From the human T2T-CHM13v2.0 reference genome, Homo sapiens: a DNA stretch of 64,000 bases. This document shows, in pieces, positions 18,461-34,400 of this stretch (positions are counted from its first letter, which is position 1; each line of letters opens with the position of its first letter). The translations under genes and the position numbers were made by a program. The DNA lies in assembly GCF_009914755.1 (NCBI RefSeq), contig NC_060940.1; one strand, written 5' to 3'. Below the pieces are notes generated by a model. It was given only the letters and a program-made list of their open reading frames with translations. It made no database searches and had not been told where the DNA came from.

Positions 18461-19286
18461 CAGGAATTTGTCCTCACTTCAAACATCTGGAATTCTCCTG
18501 TGTTAACTCTTTCTGGGCACTTGGTGAGATGGTTTGAGAACATCTACTGTCAGAAAGTACTTCTGGTTACAGTTGATAGCTTTTATTAAATTTTTTTTAC
18601 AAAACAGCCTGTTAAAATTTTAACAGTACAGAAATATATAAAGTAAGAAGTGAGCATTCTTCCTTGCACCTGCTCCCTGTACACTTCATTCTCACTCCCA
18701 GGGGTAGAGGGTGGTAATGGTCAGGCTCTTTCCCTCCATTCAGAGATAGATACATTACATATAGGTGCATAGATACATAATTTCATAGATTTCAAAACAC
18801 AGATAGGATCGTGCTCTACACCTTGTTTGGCAACATTTTTTTTTTAACTTCCTACATCTTGGACGCCCATCCTTGTCAGTCCACAAAGTTTTGCTCCAAT
18901 CAGAACAAATTGGGCACTTAAGTTCCATTCAACAAATAGCTGAAAAGCACAGGGTGTCCAAGGCAGCTGAAACCTGTGCAGTTTTATCCTTGCACTGTGC
19001 ATGAATTCTTCATTTACCTCCTATGGTTGTTGGAAGAATTTAAAATGTCAGGTGCGATCCACACAAAACAACTTTGCTAAGCAAAACACAAGGTCCACAG
19101 CCAAAATCTCAACATTCCTGTGAGCAGATGGAAAATACCACCCACTGAAGGGTTAAGAGAAGCCTCAGTGATCTCCCCAGGGCTCAGATCCTGTCTGTTT
19201 ATTTGTTGGAAGACAAAGATTTTTCACATCAGTTTGTTCTTCTCCATTCACTTTTCAGGGAGTCAAGCCTCCAGTGGGGTTGAATA

Positions 19287-19410
19287 CAGTAGTCCCCCCT
19301 TATCCACAGGGAGCACACTCCAAGACCTCCAGTGGATGCCTGAAATTATGGATGTCTGAAACCATGGGTAGTACTGAGCCCTAGGTACACTATGTTTTTT
19401 CTTATACAGT
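19287..19410 (+). mobile_element. MER44/Tigger7-like DNA transposon fragment
   Basis: TA followed by cagtagtccccccttatcc...caagacctccagtggatgcctgaaa. Confidence 0.65.
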
Positions 19411-19959
19411 AATGGCAGGTAACGTCTATAGCATGGATACACTAGAAAAAATTATTCACGTCTTGGGCCAAGGGCATCCTTGTCATAAATGTTAGTTTAC
19501 ATATTTGATTATTTCCTTAAGACAGATTTCTATACAAGGACTGTGTTGCAAAGAATAAGCATTTCTCTTTTACATTTTTAGTAAATATGATATATCCTTA
19601 TATAATAAATTCAAATAGAGATGTACGTGAATTAAACCCTGATCACCTTCCCTCCCTGCATTCTCATTTTATATAAAAAAATCATTTTTAGTCATTTCTT
19701 GTGTACCCTTCCAAATGTTTTCTATGTTTATTACAATACGTATAAAGCTGGTTTGGGAGTTGCTAAAAAAATGGAGAGTAAACGTGGTCTATAGTTGCAC
19801 TGTCTAATATTGTAGCTACTAGTCATAAGTGGCCGTTGAATACTTGAAATGTGACTGGTCTGAATTAAGATGTGTTGTAAAATACACATCAGGTTTTGAA
19901 GACTTAGTATAAAAAAAGAATGTTAATATCTCATATAATTTTGTATGATTACATGTTTA

Positions 19960-21243
<1,284 letters not shown>

Positions 21244-21427
21244 TTATTTGAGGGATAGTTTCAATTACGGACTATACAAAGACGAAAGCAATGCAAATAT
21301 GTTTAATTTGAACAACCTCTTGGAGTTCAGACTACCTGTCATGACAATATACTGTGCTTGAGAGATGACACAGGTACCTCACTGAGTGTTACTGTAGTGG
21401 TTCTCCAGGTGGACAGAGACTCAGAGG

Positions 21428-21876
21428 TGTTAAAAAAAATTATTCAATAACACTTGTTAAAGCATGGTAAGGCAGACTTTATTCAGGACCATTCCAATAG
21501 CTAGACGGCCCACTGCAATGGATTTTCCAGTGGGGAAGAGAAATTGGATTCAACTCCAAATATGGTGATGGCAAGTGTGGATTTATAGCCAAGGATGGAA
21601 AAAGTAAGAGGAATCATCAGGAGTAAGGGGGATTCTGCTAAACTGACCTAGAAGGCCAGTGTCAGTGTCATCCTGCTGAAGACAGGCCATGGTGACCAAA
21701 CATTCCCTGGGGGACGGCAAAGAATGAGGAACCTGGTCAGATATGCAGGGTGGGAAATCTTGCCAAAATGACTCAGGGTTCTTTGCTAAAACTGGATCTT
21801 GCAAGGAAGTGCAGATGGGCTTAGAAGAAGATCCAGAAGCCTGACAAAAGTCTGGTCAATCAGAGAATCTTTGTCA
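21428..21876 (-). mobile_element. MER31-like ERV1 solo LTR
   Basis: TG...CA ends, perfect 4-bp TSD gagg; reverse strand starts tgacaaagattctctgattgaccagacttttgtcaggc. Confidence 0.75.
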
Positions 21877-21997
21877 GAGGTTGAGACCACTGGTCTTTAA
21901 AAGAGATCAAGTAAGAATCAGATTTTTCTCAATGTGAGAAGGCTACTATGACTGATTTCTGTCACTCAAGGTTCAGATTTTCTTTTCTTTTTTTTGA

Positions 21998-22747
<750 letters not shown>

Positions 22748-23019
22748 TGATTGATGGAGGAAAAATGGTATCCAAGTGCTGCTGTTATTTCTGTTAACTC
22801 TGTCCCCTCTATTTTAGCGAGGGTGGTCATGTTTCATGTTTCTTTGCTCTTCCCATTTTGTGAATTGTCTGTTCATGTCCCTCACCCGTCTGTCTACAAG
22901 GGGACTCATCTTTCTCGTAGGTAGGACTTTGGCCTAGGAAGCCACTGCAAAGCAACAAGACAGCTGCTTTGAGATCACTGGCCCAGTCTCCTCTGTGTCA
23001 ACCTGACTGGCTGAGACTC

Positions 23020-23105
23020 AGGTTTACAGATCAAAAAACAGCAAGCAGCACAAAATTTTGGCGGGTTGTCCTGCAAATAGTGCCGCTGACGCAGAATCTG
23101 CAGGC
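23020..23105 (-). promoter_or_regulatory. cAMP-responsive enhancer (counterpart of the rat Tat -3.6 kb enhancer), about -4.8 kb
   Basis: Asymmetric CRE TGACGCAG 23087-23094 in the minus-strand context CTGCAGATTCTGCGTCAGCGGCACTAT, close to the rat CRE as I recall it; adjacent FOXA-like TATTTGC. Confidence 0.7.
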
Positions 23106-23673
23106 CAAGGGGTGTGTGATGGGGACAAGAGCTGCTGTACCAGAAGGTCATCACCATGGACACACCCTCGCCTCGGCTTTGGCAGTTGACAACGAAACCT
23201 AAATCAGAAGGAAAAACAGACAAGGCAAACAAGTTTTGGTCATGCGCTCTTCTGTAGCTAATGTTTTCCCTCGGTAGAAAGCAGACAGAGAGGGCCAGGC
23301 GCGGTGGCTCACGCCTGTAATCCCAGCACGTTGGGAGGCCGAGGCGGGTGGATCACAAGGTCAGGAGATCGAGACCATCCTGGCTAACACGGTGAAACCC
23401 CGTCTCTACTAAAAATACAAAAAAAAAAAAAAATTAGCCTGGCATGGTGGCGGGCGCCTGTAGTCCCACCTGGAGGCCGAGGCAGGAGAATGGTGTGAAC
23501 CCAGGAGGCGGAGCTTGCAGTGAGCCGAAAGTGCTCCGACAGAGCGAGACTCCGTCTCAAAAAAAAAAAAAAAAATGCAGACAGAGAGAACGTGAGAGGA
23601 CCCAAGTCTACTTAGGAAGCTTTCCTGATGCCAGATAAACTTTACAGGGAAGTCAGGACCCAGTAAAGTGTAG

Positions 23674-23926
<253 letters not shown>

Positions 23927-24055
23927 TGATCCACCCGCCTCAGCCTCTCAAAGTGCTAGGATTACTGGTGTGAGCCACCACACCTGGCCTTTTTTTTTCT
24001 TAAGTATAAAATTGTTGTTTGCCATTTTGTATTTAAAATTTTTTAATTGTGGTAA

Positions 24056-24385
<330 letters not shown>

Positions 24386-25620
24386 TAAACATTTTTAAAT
24401 GTACAGTTTAGTTTATTCACGTTGTTGTACAACAGATCTCCAGAACTGTTTCATCTTGTAAAACTGAAGCTCTACACCCATTAAGCACGAATTCCCCCTT
24501 CAATTTCCCCTTAGCCCTTCACAACTACCTTTCCACTTTCTGATAGAAAAGTATTTGTGAAATAGCGCCATCACCTAGAGATAACCACTGTGAACCATTT
24601 TGCCCACAATTAACATCTTGAAATTTCTACTTTTTTCTAGATATACAGAGTTTTGTATTCCGTGGTTTTCATTTTACAATATATTGTGAACATTTTCCTA
24701 AGACTATAAAAATTTTTGTAAACTTGCTTATCAATAGTCGCCTAAAACCCCAGGGCCCTCATTTTTACAGACCTGTTTCCCACACCCTTTCTTTTCTCCA
24801 CCTATGCAGATTGGGCATCTATCCCACACCAAGCACTGTCTGGCATCTTGAACCTGAATCGAGTCATGTAATCTTCACATCAGTCCTAGAAGTAGAGGCT
24901 GTTTCATTCCCACTTTACAAACGAAAGCTAAGTCACACTGGTAATTGGTGGCGAGTTGGAGTTCAAGCTTCATAATCTGGCTCCAGAGCTCACTACACAA
25001 GTCTGCCTCTCTTCAGCGGACAAAGTAAGTTGAGAAGCACAGTCTTTTCTTCTCTAAGGAATATAAAAAGAGAAAACATGAAGACAGAGCCAACTGGGAA
25101 AGCCTTAAGAAAATAGTGAATTAACTATGTGGATTAAGTATGGACTACTCTCTGAACTTTTATTGCTCATCTTTATTAATTATTTTGTATCTTTGCACCC
25201 TGAATCATCATTAGTTATCACTCATCCTTGTTGGGTACAGAGAATGTACATGTTCTACTTCTCCTAGCCGACTGTATGTTACGTGAGGAAGTGCACAGCG
25301 GGGACATTCCTAATACTTTCAACATCCTCCTTTGTATCTGGCCCAGCACTTTATAGAAGCCGTGTTCAATACTCATTAGCCAGTTGGCAATAAATTACAG
25401 TACATGATACAGAGGGGGAAAAATGGTGGAAGAAGTGGTAATTGAAGGGAAACCAAAGTCTCTTCATATTTATTGTATTTGTAGATGGTGGGGTGAAGAA
25501 TTTAGGAGGGATTAAGAGACCAGGTTGGACTTTGATAATGTATAATGCCTTACATTTATAGAGGGCTTTGTGGTTTGATCTCCCACTCATTATCTCAATT
25601 ATCTTATGTCATTCTCTCTT

Positions 25621-25652
<32 letters not shown>

Positions 25653-25744
25653 ACCCCATAAGCTAGACAGGGAGAAGGCTGTCAGAATGGAGAGGTAAGC
25701 CTGGTTGAGCTTTCTTTTTTTTAATGAAACTATTTATTTATTTA

Positions 25745-26089
<345 letters not shown>

Positions 26090-27580
26090 TCACCCAGTTT
26101 CTCCCTTTTCAAACATATTATATTTACCATGGTAAATTCTTAGTCACAACTAAGAAACAAACATTGGCCCGTTAATATTAACTAAACTCCACACTTTATT
26201 CAGATCTCACTAGTTTCTCCTACTAACAACCTTTCTCTGTTCCAAGATCCCATCTGGGATATCACATTATATTTGGTGGTCATGTCTCCTTAGTCCCCTC
26301 TGGTCTGTGACAGTTTCTTAGACTTTGTTTTTCATGACCTTGGCAGCTTTGGTGTAGAATATTCTTGAATTTGGGTTTGTCTGATATTTTTCTCATGGGT
26401 TCTGGAAAGACCAGTTGAGCTTTCAGAGTTACAGCCACTCATTCCACATCAGAGCTCTAAAGGTTAAAAAAGAAATAGAATCTTCATCTGTTTGCTGATT
26501 GAAATGCTTGCGGGCCACTTCCTCATGAAGCTTAGCAAATAACATCATCCTGTTTGTTTTGAGCTTTGCATAACCGTTTAAACCATGGCCATTAACTCAG
26601 TCATTTTCATTTCGTTGGAACTTAGTGTTCCTTCACTTGTGAATGGTTAAAACCTGAACCCCACTCTAGTTCTTAGCATTCATCAAGAAAGGCTGTCATT
26701 TGTACTCACAGAGGAAGCCACCAAGCAAATACACCTAGGTTCCTGGGAAATCATTCTGCATTCTTGCCATTCTGACATTCAGAATAATCTAGAGTCCAAA
26801 CCATGGTCCAATCTATCAGCCGACCTCTGGACCACAATGTCCTATTATTTTTATAGTAACACATTGTTGATTGTGTTTTTCTTAATTGAAATATAATTCA
26901 CATACCATAAAATGCATCCTTTTCAAGAGTACAATTCAGTGGCTTTTATTATATTCACAAATGATACAACCATCACCACTATCCAATTTCAGAACCTTGT
27001 TATCATCCCAGAAGGAAACCTTATGCCCTATCCCATTAGCAGTTACTCCCATTTCTCTCTGTTCCAGCCCTTGGCAATCACTAATCTACCTTTCACCTCT
27101 ATGGATCTGTCTATACCAGACACTTCATAAAAGTGGAATCACATAATATGTGGTCTTTTGTATCTGACTTCTTTCACTTAGCATAATGTCGTCAAGGTTC
27201 AGCCATGTTATAGCATGTACCAGCACTTCATTCCTTTTTGTGGATGAATAATATTCCATTATTCACATGGACTATGCCACATTTTGCATATCTATTCACC
27301 AGCTAATGGAAATTTGGTTCATGTCCTAGTTGACTATGTTTTGGTAGCTGCTCAGTGTTTACTAATTGACTCAGTTCCTGGTGTCACACCTTGTTTTCCT
27401 TGTTAATCCCATGTCTAGCCCACAAACAAAATATAGCCAAACAGTGGCTATAGCTAAAAACAAACACAGGAACACCAAAAGATCACCTACAGCCAGGCGC
27501 GGTGGCTCACGCCTGTAATCCCAGCACTTTGGGAGGCCGAGGCGGGTGGATCACGAGGTCAGGAGATAGAGACCATCCTA

Positions 27581-27838
<258 letters not shown>

Positions 27839-29953
27839 TCACACATATTTACTGAGTATCTACTACAGGTTAAACGTTCTATGTCCTACAGATGTAGGGG
27901 TCAAGAAGATAGATACAGACTCCACTGTCATGGAGCTTAGAGTTTAGTGTCACAGATAGACGTGAAGCAAATTATTATAGAAATTAATATTTCAATTGCT
28001 ATTAGAGTAAGTTCCATAAAGGAAAAGTGCATGGAGAATAGCTTGGAGTGAGGATACGGGTTAAAGGAGTCTTCACTGGAGAAGTGGCATTTAATTTGAG
28101 TTGGAAAGATGAGGTTTTGGGCAGAAGGGGGGACAGAGATTCCAAACTGTGAAAATAGCATGCTGAAGCCTTGATGGGCTAGAGGCCTGAGAGAAAGTGG
28201 TGGTGCAGGGTGAGTAACAGGGGAGTCATGGACAATGAGGCTAGAGAGACGCAGAGGGAGCTGGCTGGACTGTGCTTATGGGTAAAGTGATCAGTAGCTG
28301 TAGCAGCTACTTTTCCCCAAAAAACAAGGCTTGAACTGTCTCTCAACACACCAGGGCATTTAGAAATCCTACGAGCTGCTCAAAAGTAGGCAGTTTTCCT
28401 TCCAGTCCCAAAAGGAGTAATTTTGGTCCTAAACCTTATTCTTGCCCATGGATAACATATCCTCGATGTTTTTGTTATCCACTGATATGTTGGATGTCTT
28501 CTGTTTGCCTCCTTAGATCTACTCTTTGCCCTTCTCCATCCTTCTCATTGCTCCATGGAGCTGCCCTGCAGGAACCCAGTCAAAGGGGTCTCTTGACCAT
28601 TGGGGGTCACTGGCAGGAGATTTGAAAGGGAGTTGTGCAAAGTTGAGCAATTCATCCTCGGCTCCCTTCTTGTTGGGTTGCATCTTCCAGAGGCCACTGC
28701 TAGTATCAGGAGGCTGTTTTCATACAGCCATTCTTTCTGGGTCCTTTGAATCACTTCCTCCCCTTGTCCCTTGAGGCTTCATTGGGGCCAGCTCCCCTGT
28801 TGTTTGCTGTAATCCCTCTTCACACCTTTTATGGTAGACTTTAGTCTCCAAAAATAACTGCAGCAATACCCCTATCCCACATGCTCTTCAGCAATGCAAC
28901 CTTGCCAGGTCCCCAGTGAGACGTAGAGTTTATTTCTCTACCCTCTTGCCTCTGGCCATGCCCTGTGGCTTCTTTGATCAATGGAAGTTGGGGGAAGTGG
29001 CGCTGTGACAGTTCCAGAGATAGGCTTGTTACTGTGCCGACTTCTGCTTCCTGCTCTTGGCACCCTGAGCATCCATGTAAGAAATCCAGTTTACTCTGCT
29101 GGTGAGAGAGGACGCAGAGAGAAGCACTTAGGTACTAGACAGGTAAGTGAGGAAGCTACCTTGGATGTCCAGCCCATCTGAGCCTTCAGATGACACCAGA
29201 CCAAGATGGCTGCAACTGCATGAGAAATCCCAGGTGAGATTCACTCAAATATTCCCAGTCAATATTCTGAAGTACAAGACATCAAAAGTAAATTATTTTA
29301 TGCCAGAACATCTTTGCATATGTTTCCTTTATTAAATTCTTTTCAAATTGCCAAGTTTGTGCACAACATTTGTTTCCTTCTGGGACTCCATGACCACAAC
29401 CCCAAACCACAACCAAAAATGCCTGGAAACCAAAACCCTAACTTTTCACCTGGATCACAGGATCCTGTGAGTAATAAAGGTTGGGATAATCCTGAAAAGC
29501 CATCAGCTTTAGGTCATCCTGCATACATGGGTCTCTATTCACCCTATTTTAAACACAGAACCTCAGTGTTTAAATCTCAGGACTTTTCACAAGCCACTTT
29601 CAAGAGGAGAGATAGCATCCTGCTACATATTGAATTACTTATACTCTCAAGAAAGCGTCGTTTGTTTTTTTCTTTTCCAGGCTAAACAAATCAATTTTTT
29701 GTAGCTTCCTCCAAGATCCCATAATTGGTCAGCCCTTGCATATTATTCCTTGTCCTTCCCGGAAAACTTTCATGAATGTTGGTACCCAAAATGGAGCCCA
29801 TTTCCTCTTGTAAACATCTAACTAGTTCTGTAAATAAGAGGAACATATATAGATGCAGCTATAATATGTGTACAAAGGGAAAGAAAGAGATTATTTTCCC
29901 ATCAAGCCTGATTTCTGAGCAATCAACCAAAAATATGGTTTAAATAATGACAT

Positions 29954-31460
29954 GCCTCTGCCTCTGCCTCCGCCTCCGCCTCCGCCTCCGCCTCCGCCTC
30001 TGCCTCTCCCCACGGTCTCCCTCTCCCTCTCTTTCCACGGTCTCCCTCTGATGCCCAGCCGAAGCTGGACTGTACTGCTGCCATCTCAGCTCACTGCAAC
30101 CTCCCTGCCTGATTCTCCTGCCTCAGCCTGCCGAGTGCCTGCGATGGCAGGCGCGTGCCGCCACGCCTGACTGGTTTTCGTATTTTTTTGGTGGAGACGG
30201 GGTTTCGCTGTGTTGGCCTGGCTGGTCTCCAGCTCCTAACTGCGAGTGATCTGCCAGCCTCAGCCTCCCGAGGTGCCGGGATTGCAGACGGAGTCTTGTT
30301 CACTCAGTGCTCAATGGTGCCCAGGCTGGAGTGCAGTGGCGTGCTCTCGGCTCGCTACAACCTCCACCTCCCAGCCGCCTGCCTTGGCCTCCCAAAGTGC
30401 CGAGATTGCAGCCTCTGCCCGGCCACCATCCCGTCTGGCAAGTGAGGAGCGTCTCTGCCTGGCCGCCCATCATCTGGGATGTGAGGAGCCCCTCTGCCTG
30501 GCTGCCCAGTCTGGAAAGTGAGGAGCGTCTCTGCCCGCCCGCCATCCCATCTAGGAAGTGAGGAGCGCCTCTTCCCGGCCACCCATCGTCTGAGATGTGG
30601 GGAGCGCCTCTGCCCCGCCACCCCGTCTGGGATGTGAGGAGTGCCTCTGCCCGGCCACGACCCCATCTGGGAGGTGAGGAGCGTCTCTGCCCGGCCGCCC
30701 CGTCTGAGAAGTGAGGAGACCCTCTGCCCGGCAGCCGCCCCGTCTGGGAAAGTGAGGAGCGTCTCCGCCCGGCAGCCACCCCGTCCGGGAGGGAGGTGGG
30801 GGTCAGCCCCCACCAGGCCAGCCGCCCCGTCCGGGAGGTGAGGGGCGCCTCTGCCCGGCAGCCCCTACTGGAAGTGAGGAGCCCCTCTGCCCGGCCACCA
30901 CCCCGTCTGGGAGGTGTACCCAACAGCTCATTGAGAACGGGCCATGATGACAATGGCGGTTTTGTGGAATAGAAAAGGGGGAAAGGTGGGGAAAAGATTG
31001 AGAAATCGGATGGTTGCTGTGTCTGTGTAGAAAGAAGTAGACATGGGAGACTTTTCATTTTGTTCTGTACTAAGAAAAATTCTTCTGCCTTGGGATCCTG
31101 TTGATCTATGACCTTACCCCCAACCCTGTGCTCTCTGAAACATGTGCTGTGTCCACTCAGGGTTAAATGGATTAAGGGCGGTGCAAGATGTGCTTTGTTA
31201 AACAGATGCTTGAAGGCAGCATGCTCCTTAAGAGTCATCACCACTCCCTAATCTCAAGTACCCAGGGACACAAACACTGCGGAAGGCCGCAGGGTCCTCT
31301 GCCTAGGAAAACCAGAGACCTTTGTTCACTTGTTTATCTGCTGACCTTCCCTCCACTATTGTCCTATAACCCTGCCAAATCCCCCTCTGCAAGAAACACC
31401 CAGGAATGATCAATTAAAAAATAATAATAATAAAATAAAAATAAAAATAAAAAATAAAAA
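29954..31460 (+). mobile_element. SVA retrotransposon (C/D-like), all domains present
   Basis: Hexamer region, Alu-like domain, GC-rich VNTR, SINE-R and patterned A tail; 14-bp TSD taaataatgacatg at 29941-29954 and 31461-31474. Confidence 0.97.
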
Positions 31461-34400
31461 TAAATAATGACATGATATACAAAACCTTTCTCTCTCTTGC
31501 TGACCTATTTGGGATCCCTGGCCTTGGGAGTTCCATCCTTTGACCTTTTACTCAGGCCTACATTTCCACTGCAGTGAGAGCTCTGAGCACAAGACAGGGC
31601 TTTTCATGAGGAAGATTATCTTGGGGTAGCACAGTATATTGAAGCATCCCCTATTCTGTGCTTTGGTGGGTAATACAAGGTCTGCTTTCCATACGAGACA
31701 GGAACTGAGCTTAGCGTCTATGCTGTAGAGAGGCCTGAGTAGATCCCCATGGTCTGTAGTTCTGAAGAATTCTGTCAGCCAAGAATCATAGAATGCTCCA
31801 AAGGTAAAAGGGTTTGTCATGGCCATCCCCCAGGGAGGCCTCAAGACCACTCCTTCCCTATTCTGCCTGGAAACAAGTGCCAGAGGTGATGCAACTCAGC
31901 AAACTTTATCCAGATTCACTTCCAGAATCTGCAGAAGGGACAGTACCATCGATGGGGCCAAATGACAGTTGAATTACCCAAGTCTGGGAACATCAAGTTC
32001 CCGCAGCACCATGGGCAAAACAAAGATGAGACACAATGCGGTCTCCAGGATTGGAGAAGATGAGTACATATGTTTCGTGGGAGGACTGGTAGGGACAGAG
32101 TGAAAAAGAATGAGATGGGATAAGAGTGAACCAAGTCAAATAAGAGGATTCAGGTTTGAACCAAGTCAAACCTGGAGAGGTGGGACAGGAGAGGTGGGAC
32201 ATTGTGCCTACTTGTCACTTAAAGCTCTTCCATAGCAAGAGTCCTGCAATCATGTTTCATTAATACACTCATTCAGTAAGTGTTTATGAGCCAGGCTCTG
32301 TTCTGAATGCAGGGGATACTGCAATGAAAGAACCAAACCAAGCCCTACTTTCATGAAGCTGACATTCTTGTTGGGAGAGAGAAGTAATAAATAGAGAAAC
32401 AGATGTTAGAAGCCACCAATGCCATAAAGAAAAATAAAGCAAGATGTAGGGTTAGAAAGGGCAGTATTTTGTGTATAATCACTAGAATTGTCCCCTAAGG
32501 TAGTGATGGTTAATGGGAGATGGGAATGATTCCTGTGGATGACTGGGTGAACAATGCCCCAGGCAGAGGGAATGGCAGGGGCAAATGCCTTGGGGTGGGA
32601 CTGCGCTTGGTGTGCTCAAGGCACAACCAGCCAAGGGGGCTGGGGTGAGCAAAGCAGAACGTGCAGGGATGTCAGAGTGAAAGTGCTTTGTCTTGCTTCC
32701 AAGAGGATGAACAAGGGCTACTGGTTCAACACAGATAAATTTGTTCTCGTGTACCCGGTTGTATAGATGTCAACTAGTCACCTATGAATGCCTCTGGATA
32801 TGAAGGGATGGGAGAGTGTGTCTGCCCCACTCAGAAACTAAAATATTAATAAAATCCACAGTAGGCATGTGCTGCTAACAGAGTGGGTCAGCAGGGTCAC
32901 CCTACTCTGTGGGAGTTGGGCTCAGACTTGTGGGATCAAACAAGAGATGCAGATGAGGGCTGTCCTTCTGCTCGCATCTGCACAGAACCAGGGCTCTGCA
33001 CTCCTCCCAGCACAGGGATTTCACACACACCCATCTCACCGAAGGACCTTCAAATCCAGTCATTTTCTTGGCCCTTCTCTGAGAGTCCTATGGACAGATG
33101 GTTTCAAGGAACAATGATTTCAGTCCCTGTTGGGTTCTATAGGAGGAATTTGAAAGCTATTAGTTAATTAGTTAATTATTTAATATCCCACTCTTTTTCC
33201 CCCCCCCCCCCCGCTAGAGACAGGGCCTCACTCATTTGCCCAGGCTGGAGTACAGTTGCACAATCATAGCTCACTGTAGCCTCGAACTGCTAGGAAGCAA
33301 TCCTCCCACCTCAACCTCCTGAGTAGCTGGGACTACAGCATGTCCCATTATGCCTGGCTTATTTATTTATTTATTTATGGTTGAGATGGGATCTCACTAT
33401 GTTTCCCAGGCTAGTCTCAAACTCCTGACCTCAAGCAGTCCTCTCGCTTCAGCCTCCCAAAGTGCTGGGATTACAGGCTTGAGCCACCTCACTGGTTTCA
33501 GTCTTGTTCTAGAAATTAGTTATGGACCAATTGACTGCTAGATAGGATTTCTCTCTTAATCAGGTTTAACAAGGGTGAAGTGGGCAAACATAGACTGTCA
33601 CAACTTAGGAGGAAATTATCCGGGGCCAATTGGATTTCATCTATCCCCAACCCCCCACCGCACTGAGTGCTGGGCCTGGGCTTCTTCCATCCAAGCTTAG
33701 ACAGCTTCCCTTTCTCCTCCCTCCTCTCCATCCCATGTTCTGGGCCCACCTTCTGTATCCTGATCTTAGTGAATGTCACTGGCTGTTGGACAGCTTGTTG
33801 TCTACACAGGGCAGTTCAATGAGTCTCCAAGTTTGGTCTCTAAAGTGGGAAGTCATCTGCAGGATGGTGGCAGGAGGACTATGAGAGTGACAGAGCTCCT
33901 AGCCACTTTGCCCCCTCCCAGGTCCCAGTTGTAATCCTCTGCTTAGGGAAGGGTTGTTCTGCTTTTTCATCTGAGCTGTCTTTTCAATCCATTGCATGTA
34001 AACTATGAACTTTGCTTCATTGGATTTGCCAAAAGCCTTTTTCCTTTCCTTTTCCAAAGTGAAGAGAATCAAAAGCTCTGACTTTTATAACTATTACCTC
34101 TAAAATGGATTTCAATAATCCTTTTTGGAAATCAAAGACTGAGTGGAGATTATTCCTCTGCTGTAACAGTCCTCAGCTTCCCTGTGAAATGGGTACTTCT
34201 GCTTGTTCAAGGACCCAAAAGGCTGGTGTGGCCAAGCTTGGAGAATTGGGGGGAATGTGGTAGGATGGTGGTGGGGGAGCCTTCTGGATAGCTTAGATTT
34301 TACTTCAAGTACAAGGGGAAGCCCTCTGAAGGTTTAAAGGAGGAATGTGAAGTTTAAGATCTTTCTGGCAATGAAACATGGAGAATGGGCTCCAGGGGCG

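Noticed and set aside
19383-19397. GRE-like GGTACActaTGTTTT at -1.1 kb
   Set aside because: Lacks the invariant C of the second half-site and lies in a MER44-like element.
25241-25256. AGAATGtacaTGTTCT GRE-like sequence
   Set aside because: Wrong spacing (4 nt, or 0 nt for TGTACA/TGTTCT).
30420-30920. Regular ~37-50 bp repeats resembling an array with spacers
   Set aside because: SVA VNTR; no unique spacers, eukaryotic context, not CRISPR.
30300-31244. 314-aa minus-strand ORF
   Set aside because: Antisense translation of the GC-rich SVA VNTR/SINE-R; common to SVAs and not a gene.
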